DNA of 64,000 nucleotides from an uncultured Acidobacteriota bacterium. Its GTDB lineage: Bacteria > Acidobacteriota > Vicinamibacteria > Vicinamibacterales > JAFNAJ01. The notes beneath the pieces were generated by a model that saw nothing but the letters and a program-made list of their open reading frames with translations, was not told the origin of the DNA and searched no databases. Made by a program: the position numbers and the translations under genes. Position 1 is the stretch's first letter. The number at the start of each line of letters is the position of its first letter. The stretch covers positions 248,616 to 312,615 of the forward strand of contig CAVONI010000012.1 of the NCBI GenBank assembly GCA_963697285.1, in the 5' to 3' direction. Positions 32,830-42,471 of the stretch are shown in pieces.

Positions 32830-35406
32830 CTAGCCGTCCGAGCGGAGCACGGCGAGGGGCTTGCGCCGGAGGACGTCGAGGCTCGAGACCACGCCGAGCA
32901 TGCCCACGAGCACGACCGCCGCCGCGATGCCCCCGGCCACCAGGCCCGGCAACGGCGACCACGGCACGTCGAGTATCTGGCGACAGACGAACCACGACAG
33001 GCCGATCGAGGCGGTCGCCCCGACGGCCCCCGCGAGGGCTCCCAACGTCGCGTACTCGGCAGCGAGCGTCGAGGCCACGGTCATCGTCGTGGCGCCCAGC
33101 GTCTTGAACACGGCCGACTCGTGCAGCCGCTGGAACTTGGTCATCGCGATCGAGCCCACCAGGATCAGGAGACCCGAGAACACCGCGACGCCACCGACAA
33201 TCGAGATGGCCAACGTGATGTTGCGGGCGATCGCCTCGACCCGCTGCGCGACATCGCGCACGTCGATCGCCGACACGTTGGGGAACGCCGCCACGATGTC
33301 GCGCTGCAGCCTGGCGCGCGCCGGCGCGTCGGGCGGGCCCTTGGTGATGGCGATGTAGGTCTGCGGTGCCTTCTCGAGCGCCCCTGGCGCGAACACGAAC
33401 ATGAAGCCGCCCGTGCGCGCATCACTCCACTCGACGCGCCGCACGCTCGAGACGCGCGCGTCGATGCTGCGCCCGAGCACGTCGAACCGGACCGTGTCGC
33501 CCACGTCGATCCTGAACCGCTTGTGGATGCTCTCCTCGATCGACACCTCGGGCTGACCCGTCGGCGCCGTCGGAAAGGCGCCGCGAATCACGGTCTCGTT
33601 GGCCTGGAGGCCATCGCGATACGTGACCACGTATTCGCGCGCGAGCGAGCCCTGCCCCCTGACCTCCTCGAGTCCCTCGAGCTTGACGCGCTGGCCTTGC
33701 ACGTTGGTGACGCGCGCGCGCAGCGTGGGCACGAGCTGCGCGGTGTAGGACGGCGATGCGGTCGCGAGCAGGCGCCGAACGCCCGCCTCCTGGTCTGGCT
33801 GGATGTCGATGAGGAACAGGTCGGGGCCGTCGCTGCGCAGGTCGAGCCTGAAGGCCCTGAGCAGGTTGGTCTCGAGCGCCTGGACGCCGAGGATGAAGAA
33901 CGCGCCGAGGCCGACCGCCAGCAGGATGGTGCGTGTCTGGTTGCCCGGCCGCCCGATGCTGATCACCGCATGGCGCAGCGGGAACCATCGTGCCCGCCGG
34001 AGTGGCCGCACGGCCCACACGAGCGCCGCCCCCGACGCCTGCAGGATGAGGGTCAGGGCGAAGAACGCCAGGCACACCACCAGCCCCACGCGCCACGACG
34101 CGGCTTGCCAGCTGGCAACGGCGACGAGGCCGGCCACCAGGGCGACGGTGCTGACGACTTGCGCGGTATCGAGCCCCTGCCGCCAGCGCCGGACCCGCGC
34201 CGAGATCGGCAGCCGCGTGCCGCCGGCCCCGTCAGCGTCGTGGTCGCGCAGCAGGGCGAGCGGCTTGACCCGGCGCACGTCGAGCAGCGGCACCAGCGAG
34301 AACAACAACGACACGAGCAGGCCGACGGCGATCCCCTGCAGGCTTGCCGACCACGTCAGCGACGGCGCCGCACCACCAAGCCCCTCGAGCGCGGCGGTAG
34401 GGATGGCGTGGATGCCCCCCCACGCCAGCGCCACGCCCGCCAGGCATCCGGCCAGGCCGAGCAGCGTGACCTGCACGACGTACACCGCCAGGACCTGCGC
34501 GGTGCTCGCGCCGAGGCACTTGAGGATGGCGATGGCGCGCGTCTTCTGCTGCACGAACACGCGCGTGACACTCCACACGCCGATCCCGCCCAGCACCACG
34601 ATCACGAAGCCGACGAGGCTCAGGTAGTCTTCGGCGCGCTGGAGGTCGTCGCTCAGGTTGTCGTCGGCGGTGCGGTACGTCCTGACCGAGACGAACGCGT
34701 TCGCGAACTGCTGCCGCAGCGATGCGGCCGTCGCGTCGAGGTCGGCAGCGGGCACGTTCGCCAGGCGCACGTAGCGCGCGCGGCTGCCGATCCTCAGCAG
34801 CCCTGTCGCAGGCAGCGTCGCGTGATCGATCAGGACACGCGGTCCGACGCTGAAGAACCCGAGGCGCCGGCCGGGTTCGCTGAGGACGACGCCGCGAATC
34901 ACGAACGTCGCGTCGCCGATCTTCACGGCGTCGCCGACGGCCACGTCGAGTTGCGTCAGCACCTCGGGCCGTACGAGCACGCCCTGGTCCTTGAGCAGGT
35001 CGTGCGAGAAGGGCTTCCCGCCATCGAGTTCGACCTGCCCGAACAGCGGCCACCCCTCGGCGACGGCCTGGAGTTCCACCATGCGCGCGACGGCCTTGCT
35101 GTCGTCGGCGGGCCGGATCAGGGTCGTGGTCTCAACGAACCGCGTCTCGGCGGTGGCGCCGGCGCGGCGTAGCGACTCGTCGATCACCGTGGTGATCTCG
35201 GGCGTCCAGGGCCGGCTCGACTGGAGCAGCAGGTCGGCCGCCGTCAGCGACCGGGCCTCGCGCGAGATGGCGCCACGGGCGTCCTGGATGATCGACCGCA
35301 GGGCGACGATGGCGCCGACGCCGACCGCCACGCAGACGAAGAAGAAGATCAGTCGGACCCACGAGGCCCGCAGTTCGCGCGCCGTCATCTTCAGCACGAA
35401 TCGCAT
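32830..35406 (-). CDS. FtsX-like ABC permease (YbbP type)
   Basis: MRFVLKMTARELR start, two FtsX repeats, AILKCLGA and FKTLGA, FLIDIQPDQ. Confidence 0.9.
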   Translation of the reverse strand: MRFVLKMTARELRASWVRLIFFFVCVAVGVGAIVALRSIIQDARGAISREARSLTAADLLLQSSRPWTPEITTVIDESLRRAGATAETRFVETTTLIRPADDSKAVARMVELQAVAEGWPLFGQVELDGGKPFSHDLLKDQGVLVRPEVLTQLDVAVGDAVKIGDATFVIRGVVLSEPGRRLGFFSVGPRVLIDHATLPATGLLRIGSRARYVRLANVPAADLDATAASLRQQFANAFVSVRTYRTADDNLSDDLQRAEDYLSLVGFVIVVLGGIGVWSVTRVFVQQKTRAIAILKCLGASTAQVLAVYVVQVTLLGLAGCLAGVALAWGGIHAIPTAALEGLGGAAPSLTWSASLQGIAVGLLVSLLFSLVPLLDVRRVKPLALLRDHDADGAGGTRLPISARVRRWRQGLDTAQVVSTVALVAGLVAVASWQAASWRVGLVVCLAFFALTLILQASGAALVWAVRPLRRARWFPLRHAVISIGRPGNQTRTILLAVGLGAFFILGVQALETNLLRAFRLDLRSDGPDLFLIDIQPDQEAGVRRLLATASPSYTAQLVPTLRARVTNVQGQRVKLEGLEEVRGQGSLAREYVVTYRDGLQANETVIRGAFPTAPTGQPEVSIEESIHKRFRIDVGDTVRFDVLGRSIDARVSSVRRVEWSDARTGGFMFVFAPGALEKAPQTYIAITKGPPDAPARARLQRDIVAAFPNVSAIDVRDVAQRVEAIARNITLAISIVGGVAVFSGLLILVGSIAMTKFQRLHESAVFKTLGATTMTVASTLAAEYATLGALAGAVGATASIGLSWFVCRQILDVPWSPLPGLVAGGIAAAVVLVGMLGVVSSLDVLRRKPLAVLRSDG

Positions 35407-35416
35407 CGATGGCCTC

Positions 35417-36135
<719 letters not shown>

Positions 36136-36139
<4 letters not shown>

Positions 36140-36912
36140 CGTGTCTCGTGCGCATCGTGCAGGAGCGGACGCAATGCACCCCAGACGAGTTCCGCGACGC
36201 GCCGCGCGCCCTCGACCGATGGATGGATGCCGTCAGGTTGATTCAGGTCCGGGTGACCGGCGACCCCGTCGAGCAGGAACGGCAGGAAGGCGACCTGCTT
36301 CTCGCGCGCCACCGACCGGTAGACGTCGCGGAACTCGCGCGTGTACTGCGCACCGAAGTTCGGCGGCGCTTCCATCCCGCACAGCAGCACCTCGATCTTC
36401 CGCGCTCGTGCCTCGTCGATGATCGCGACGAGGTTGGCGCGGAGTTCCGAGGGTGCGAGCCCGCGCAGCCCGTCGTTGCCGCCCAGGGCCACCACGAGCA
36501 CGTGGACGTCGCCGTCGAGCGCCCAATCGAGGCGCCGGCGCCCGCCGGCGCTCGTATCGCCAGACACGCCCATGTTGACGACGTCGTACTCCAGCCCCGC
36601 CGCGTCGATACGCTGTTGGACGACATCGGGGAACGCGACGCCTGGGTCGAGACCGTAGCCCGCCGTGAGGCTGTCGCCGAGAAAGACGACCCGTGGACGC
36701 GCGGGTCGCGGCACCTCGCCGGTCTGCCCGCCAGGCACGCCAGGCGATGCGTGTGCCGTGTCGGATGCCGGACCTGACGCCGAGGCTGCCCCGGGCTCAC
36801 GCGACTCTCCGCAGGCGCCCGCAAGGCCGAGCATTCCGGCCACGACCACCAGGGCGGCGCGACGACCCACACGAACGGGCACGACAAGGGACGGGAACCG
36901 ACGCAACGTCAC
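36136..36912 (-). CDS. tesA: SGNH arylesterase / acyl-CoA thioesterase I (TesA-like), probable lipoprotein
   Basis: FLGDSLTAG, GVSGDTS, LGGNDGLRG, DGIHP; lipobox-like LAGAC. Confidence 0.9.
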
Positions 36913-36962
36913 AGACTCGCCATTATGACGCAGCGACCGGGTCGCCCGTCACGGCGCGCGCG

Positions 36963-38078
36963 TCATGGCCGGATCCGATACCGCACGATCTCCGGCCCCA
37001 CGGCCACATAGAAGGCACCTGGATCCGCGGCCACTGTCCACAGGGTCGACGCGAACGACGCGGGCCGCTCGGCATGGACGAGCTGTCCGGCCGGGTTGTA
37101 AATCAGCAGCACGTGCGCGTCGCGGAACCGGTTGTAGCAGAGAAAGACCTCGTGTCCCGACGGAAGCCGCACCGCGCGCGTGTAACGCGTCTCCGCGGCG
37201 TGCGGCGATTCCCGCGTGTCGATGACCCGGCCCGTCAGGTCACGTATCCGCAACGAACCGTCGCGGTGTGACACCAGCCTGGGCCCGGTGCCCCAATTCA
37301 CCACGCTGCTCCGGGCGGGAGCGGCCTCGTGCCAGGCCCGGATTCGTTCTCCGTGTTGATCGACGATGCGCAGCCAGGCGCCTCGGGTCGGATCCAGGAA
37401 GGAATACACCAGCAACTCGACCCCGGGCGCGGGCGTCGCCTGCACGGCGTCGAGATCGGTGACGAACTCGTCGAACACGATCGCCCGCACCCTGGCGCCA
37501 CCACGCCGCCACAGTTGCACCGCTTTGCCCGACGCCACGGCGATCTCGACGACGCCATCCCCGTCGATGTCGGCAAACACCGGCGCAGACCCTCCGCGGA
37601 GTTCGATCCGCCCGAGTTCACGTCCGCGGCGGTCGAACTCGATCAACCGGTCGATGTTCCCTTCTTCCGCGACCAGCGTGACCGGCCCCGATGCTTCGTA
37701 GCGAACCGGATGTGTACGGCGGTAGCGCTTCTCGAGATCGGTCACCGCCACCTGGCGCCAGGCGCTGTCGAACCAGTGGGCGGCGTGAGGCGTTGTCGCG
37801 ACCCACTCGCCGGGTCGATCGCCCGGCACGACGTCTTCGATGCCGAGGTAGCCGTCCTTTCGCTCGGCGAGGGTGGGAGTCGCCGCGCCGACGACCGTGA
37901 TTTCTAGTGCCATCGACGAGCGGAGCACGGTGCGCGCAGCCCCCGCGACGAGGCCACGCGCCGGCGATGGGGACACCGACGGCGTGCGTGTCGACTGCGC
38001 GTGTGCGGTCTGCATGACTGCCGCGGTCACCAGGCACCAGGCGAGCGTGGGGATCGTGAATCGTGTCGAGGCAGTCAT
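36963..38078 (-). CDS. Secreted hypothetical beta-rich protein with FG-GAP-like motif
   Basis: Signal peptide ending AHA-Q; FADIDGDGVVEIAV; GGAG 6 nt before ATG 38078. Confidence 0.75.
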   Translation of the reverse strand: MTASTRFTIPTLAWCLVTAAVMQTAHAQSTRTPSVSPSPARGLVAGAARTVLRSSMALEITVVGAATPTLAERKDGYLGIEDVVPGDRPGEWVATTPHAAHWFDSAWRQVAVTDLEKRYRRTHPVRYEASGPVTLVAEEGNIDRLIEFDRRGRELGRIELRGGSAPVFADIDGDGVVEIAVASGKAVQLWRRGGARVRAIVFDEFVTDLDAVQATPAPGVELLVYSFLDPTRGAWLRIVDQHGERIRAWHEAAPARSSVVNWGTGPRLVSHRDGSLRIRDLTGRVIDTRESPHAAETRYTRAVRLPSGHEVFLCYNRFRDAHVLLIYNPAGQLVHAERPASFASTLWTVAADPGAFYVAVGPEIVRYRIRP

Positions 38079-38147
38079 GCAAATCTCCATGTAGCACCTA
38101 TCGCAGAACGAGTCGGGCGGCGTGGTCAGGCACCGCCGGAGGCTCAG

Positions 38148-39371
38148 CTATTGTGCGTTGCCACACTGCGAGCACTCGGGCGGACACCAGTCGCCCATGC
38201 AACGCGTGCACACGCTGCCGTCGCTGCACGAGCCACCACCACCCCCGCCCCCGCCGTCGCCACCACCGTCAGAACCACCACCACCGCCCCCGCCGAAGGC
38301 TGTCGAGATGAAACACCCGACGACTTGCAGGTTGCACATCGAACAGTCAGAGCGCTCCCAGAACGCCAGCCACGACCACGCCGTGCAGCAGTTCGACTGG
38401 TCGGCTTCGAAGCACCGATCGTGGCTGTCGCAACACTCCCGGAACGCCGTGCCGTCGAGCCAGTGCATGCCGGTGCACCCGTCCGACGCGCCATCGCAAC
38501 TACCGCCCGCCGAGGCCCGGTGCACCGACAGGCCTGCCGCCCACCGTGAGGCCGCTGGCCGCAGCATCTTGTCGGCCGACTTCGTCAGGCTCTCGCGCAG
38601 GAACAGCGTCGCCTGCACATTCGCCCACGCCATCGAGGGGTTGAACGTGAACCCGCCCGGCACCCTCGACTCCATGATGACGCCCTCGGCCCCGTCGGGG
38701 AACTTCCAGGTCACGACGCGGGCCCTCGCGAACCAGCGCACGAACCCGATCTCGCGCCCCGTCGAGACGCTGAGCAGCCGCGCCGTGAACGTCGAGTACG
38801 ACACGTTCTCGTGCGTGCGTCCGTGACGGTCGCGCTCGGCGATCACGACCATTCCCGGGAACTCCGTCGCCACCGCCTCGATCCCCTCATCGGGATCGGG
38901 CGTTTCGCCCTGGCGGCGCCGCACGGCGAGGTCGGCGTCACCGAAGCTCCCCTCGTGCCACACCAGCGGCCCGCGGGGGCGTCCGCGCGCGTGCCGAGCG
39001 CGATCTTCGCGCCACAGGCGACGCAGCTGCCCATGGTGCCAGTCGGCGCCAAGCGACCGGTCGGGGCCGACGGCGAGCGCGACGCGATCGTTGCCGAGGC
39101 GGACCTCGACGATCCGCCCCGACTCCGCCGTGCGCTCGTTCCGCTCTGCCTCGGCGACGACCGCATTGGTCCGCTTGTCGAAGAGCCGTGCGACGAGCTG
39201 CCCGTCAGCCTGTCGCTCGCTCACGGCGTAGCTGTCGTCGAACCACGTGACGACGCGGGTCGCCTGCCGCTCGGCCTCGTGGAACGTCGTCCCCATGTCA
39301 ACGGTCTGGGCAGCGACGGGCGTGACGCTGACGAGACACACGCCCAGCACCCACAACATCCTGTAACGCAT
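38148..39371 (-). CDS. Secreted protein with C-terminal Cys-rich PLA2-like domain and 6-Cys tail
   Basis: GGAGGTG RBS; signal peptide; CCDSHDRCF and CNLQVVGCF motifs; 16 Cys in the last ~120 aa. Confidence 0.8.
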   Translation of the reverse strand: MRYRMLWVLGVCLVSVTPVAAQTVDMGTTFHEAERQATRVVTWFDDSYAVSERQADGQLVARLFDKRTNAVVAEAERNERTAESGRIVEVRLGNDRVALAVGPDRSLGADWHHGQLRRLWREDRARHARGRPRGPLVWHEGSFGDADLAVRRRQGETPDPDEGIEAVATEFPGMVVIAERDRHGRTHENVSYSTFTARLLSVSTGREIGFVRWFARARVVTWKFPDGAEGVIMESRVPGGFTFNPSMAWANVQATLFLRESLTKSADKMLRPAASRWAAGLSVHRASAGGSCDGASDGCTGMHWLDGTAFRECCDSHDRCFEADQSNCCTAWSWLAFWERSDCSMCNLQVVGCFISTAFGGGGGGGSDGGGDGGGGGGGGSCSDGSVCTRCMGDWCPPECSQCGNAQ

Positions 39372-39482
39372 CCTGCACCTCCACAACGATCGCGGACGGT
39401 GCTCCGGCACACCATCCGCCAGACGTGGCCTGCCACGGCTTGACGGCCGACTACTTCAACAGGCTGCAGCTCACACGGGTTG

Positions 39483-39499
39483 AGCAAGGCTCGGGCCAG
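39483..39499 (-). promoter_or_regulatory. Sigma54 (-24/-12) promoter candidate for the 39371 operon
   Basis: Minus strand CTGGCCCGAGCCTTGCT = TGGC..N5..TTGCW with exact GG-N10-GC spacing, about 110 nt upstream of the ATG. Confidence 0.7.
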
Positions 39500-39772
39500 G
39501 CGCTGCCGCGCGCGACTGCGCACCGCAGCACCTGGCAACACCACGAAATGCCTTGAAAACCGTCGAATGGCACGGTCCGCGGTCTGGCCGGGAGGCTGGC
39601 AGGTGCCGCGCGCTACCCACGCAGGGGGAAACGCGGGGATGCAAGGGAACCTTGCGGCGTCACGATGCGCTGCGCACGCATCTCGCCCAGGGTGCAAGTA
39701 TCATTGGACCCGCGAGCCCCTGAACGTCGGCGGTCGGCGGCGGCCGCTACCGGGCGGGGCGAGGACAACGAC

Positions 39773-40747
39773 ATGAAAGCGATTCGCGTGACGCAGTTCG
39801 GCGGCCCCGACGTCCTCGTGCTCGACGACGTCGCCACGCCGGCGGTCGGGCCCGGCCAGGTCCGCGTGAGGCTCGAGGCCGTCGGCGTCAATCCGGTCGA
39901 CACGTACGTCCGCGCGGGGGCTTATGCGCGCCTCCCGAGCCTGCCGTATACCCCGGGCACCGACGGTGCAGGCGTGGTCGATGCGGTGGCCGACGACGTC
40001 ACCGACGTCGAGGTCGGCGATCGCGTCTACGTCTGCACGATGCTCGGACGCGCGACCACCGGCACCTACGCCGAGTACGTCGCGTGTGATGCGGCATCAA
40101 CCCATCCCCTGCCTGCCACGATGACCGCAGGCCAGGGTGCGGCGGTCGGTGTCCCGTACGCCACGGCCTGGCGGGCGCTGTTCCAGAAGGCAGGCCTGCA
40201 ACCTGGCGAGTCGGTGTTCGTGCACGGCGCCAGCGGCGGCGTAGGCTTGGCGGCGGTGCAGATGGCGCGTGCTCACGGCGCCAGGGTGTTCGGCAGCGCG
40301 GGCACCGCCGAGGGGCTCGAGCTGATTCGGAGCGAGGGCGCACACGTGGCGCTGAACCACGCGACAGCCGACTACCTCGACGAGGTGCTCCGCCTCACGA
40401 ATGGCCGCGGCGTGGACGTCGTGCTCGAGATGCTGGCGAACGTCAACCTCGAGAAGGACCTGACCATTGCTGCCCTTCGCGGCCGCATCGTCGTGATCGG
40501 CAGCCGCGGTTCGCTGCAGTTCACGCCGCGCCTCACGATGGCCAAGGACCTCTCGATTGTCGGCATGTCGTACTGGAACACGCCGGCTGCCGCCGACGCG
40601 CAGGTGCAGGCCGCGCTGGCCGCTGGCCTCGAGTCCGGCACCCTTCGCCCGGCAGTCGGGCGGCAGTACGCGTTGGCAGAGGCGGCGCGCGCCCACGAGG
40701 CCGTGCTCGCGCCCGGCGCACACGGCAAGATCGTCCTCCTCCCGTGA
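39773..40747 (+). CDS. NADPH:quinone reductase (zeta-crystallin/MDR family)
   Basis: FGGPDVL, GVNPVD, PYTPGTDGAG, HGASGGVG, HGKIVL. Confidence 0.93.
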   Translation: MKAIRVTQFGGPDVLVLDDVATPAVGPGQVRVRLEAVGVNPVDTYVRAGAYARLPSLPYTPGTDGAGVVDAVADDVTDVEVGDRVYVCTMLGRATTGTYAEYVACDAASTHPLPATMTAGQGAAVGVPYATAWRALFQKAGLQPGESVFVHGASGGVGLAAVQMARAHGARVFGSAGTAEGLELIRSEGAHVALNHATADYLDEVLRLTNGRGVDVVLEMLANVNLEKDLTIAALRGRIVVIGSRGSLQFTPRLTMAKDLSIVGMSYWNTPAAADAQVQAALAAGLESGTLRPAVGRQYALAEAARAHEAVLAPGAHGKIVLLP

Positions 40748-42408
40748 TCGACCTCAACGATCCCGGCACCACGCGGACCCTCTGGCGACTCGGGTTCGCC
40801 GTCGCCATCGCGTACCTGCTGGCGCTCGCGCTGCCGATCCCGCTGTTCGACCCGGACGAGGGTTTCCATGCCGCGATCGCGCGCGAAATGGTCGAGCGCG
40901 GCGACTGGATCACGCCACGCCTGCTCGGCGTGCCCTTCCTCGACAAGCCGGTGCTCTACTTCTGGGCGCTCGCCACGTCACTGGCCGCCTTCGGCGCCAA
41001 CGAGTTCGCGGTCCGCCTGCCTGGCGTCGGCTTCGGCGTAGCGGGGATTCTCGCCACCGCGTGGTTCGGGGCGTCGCTCGCCGGGCGGCGCGCGGGCTAC
41101 CTGGGCGGACTCGTGCATGCGACGATGCTGCTTCCACTCGCGGTATCGATGGTGTCGGTGCACGACATCGCGCTCGTGCCGTTCACGACGGTGACGATGC
41201 TGGCCCTGTGGCGTGCCTCGCGCGCCGGCACCACCGGCAACACGATCCTCTGGGGTGCGGTGGCGGGAATCGCGCTGGGTGCGGCCATCCTGACGAAGGC
41301 CCTGTCAGGAGCCGCAGCGGTGGGCGTGCCGTTCGCGGTGTGGATGGTGTGGGACCGGCGCGTGCGGCTGCCGCTGCTGGCCGCGGGCATCACCTGCGTG
41401 ATCGTCGCGACCCTCGTCGCGCTCCCGTGGTATCTCGCCATGGAACGCGCGAACGCGGGCTACCTGCACTACTACTTCGTCGAACGGCACCTGCTCGGCT
41501 ACACGACATCCACGCAATTGCACGGCCACCGCTGGTGGTGGTACTACCTGCCCATCCTTGCTGCTGGCGCGATGCCGTGGACCGGCTTCCTGTGGGTTGC
41601 CGCCCGCGACCTGCGTCGGGGCGCGGTCGCAACGGCCGACGTCAGCGGGCAGCGGTTGGTGTGGACGTGGCTCGTCGTCGGCCTGATCTTCTTCAGCAGC
41701 GCGGGCTCGAAGCTGGTGACCTACGTCCTGCCGCTGTTCCCTGCCATCGCGCTGCTCGTCGCGACCGTGTGGGATCGCCGATGGCTGGACGATGATGCCG
41801 AGGACCGCGCGATGCGGATTGCCGACAGCGTTGGCGGGGCCACGCTCGGCCTCCTGCTGCCGGTGCTCATGGCGGTCGCGATCCTGCGGTTCGGCCTGAC
41901 ACCGGAGTCGCTGTTCGGTACCTTCGTGGTCGTGGCAGGGCTGGGCATCGCGGTCTTCTGGATGCGCGGTACCCGGACTCGTGCGCGCGCCCGCTTTGCC
42001 CGTCTCGTCGCGGCCTTCGCCGTTGTCGCGCCGCTGGTCGTGCTGATCGTGATGGCGCCCGCCGCGCCCATCTTCTCGGCCCGCGCTTTGGCTCGTTACT
42101 ACAACGCCCAGCGCGCCGTGCCGTCGGCCGTGTGGTTCCTCGACGAACGGGTCGGGTCGTTTTTCTTCTACCTGGATCGCGATCTGCGCGCGACGCTTTC
42201 GCCGGGCCGCATCGAGAACGTCGGCCTGGATCGCCTGCTCGGCCTGCGCCAGGCGCCGCCCGGCCTGGCGGTGGCCATCCCGTTCGAGGCCGTGGCACGC
42301 GTCGAACGGCGTGTGTCGCTGGCAGGTGTTCCCCACGTGGTCGCCGGCCATCACCGCGTCTACGACGGGGCCGTGTTCGCCGACGCCGTGCGTCGCGCTG
42401 CGCCGTAA
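40744..42408 (+). CDS. ArnT/PMT-like (GT83/GT39) membrane glycosyltransferase
   Basis: DPDEG, EMVERGDWITP, FLDKPVLYFW, LTK, SKLVTYVLPLFP; many TM helices. Confidence 0.88.
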   Translation: MIDLNDPGTTRTLWRLGFAVAIAYLLALALPIPLFDPDEGFHAAIAREMVERGDWITPRLLGVPFLDKPVLYFWALATSLAAFGANEFAVRLPGVGFGVAGILATAWFGASLAGRRAGYLGGLVHATMLLPLAVSMVSVHDIALVPFTTVTMLALWRASRAGTTGNTILWGAVAGIALGAAILTKALSGAAAVGVPFAVWMVWDRRVRLPLLAAGITCVIVATLVALPWYLAMERANAGYLHYYFVERHLLGYTTSTQLHGHRWWWYYLPILAAGAMPWTGFLWVAARDLRRGAVATADVSGQRLVWTWLVVGLIFFSSAGSKLVTYVLPLFPAIALLVATVWDRRWLDDDAEDRAMRIADSVGGATLGLLLPVLMAVAILRFGLTPESLFGTFVVVAGLGIAVFWMRGTRTRARARFARLVAAFAVVAPLVVLIVMAPAAPIFSARALARYYNAQRAVPSAVWFLDERVGSFFFYLDRDLRATLSPGRIENVGLDRLLGLRQAPPGLAVAIPFEAVARVERRVSLAGVPHVVAGHHRVYDGAVFADAVRRAAP

Positions 42409-42409
42409 G

Positions 42410-42471
42410 GGCCGGGCCGCGTCGGGGCGCGGCCCCGTAACGGCCGGGCCGCGCAGGGGCGCGGCCCCTAC
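42410..42471. repeat. Two tandem GC-rich palindromic units (REP-like) between convergent genes
   Basis: GGCCGGGCCGCG-TC/CA-GGGGCGCGGCCCC-(G)TA twice; the minus-strand copy begins GTAG. Confidence 0.6.
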
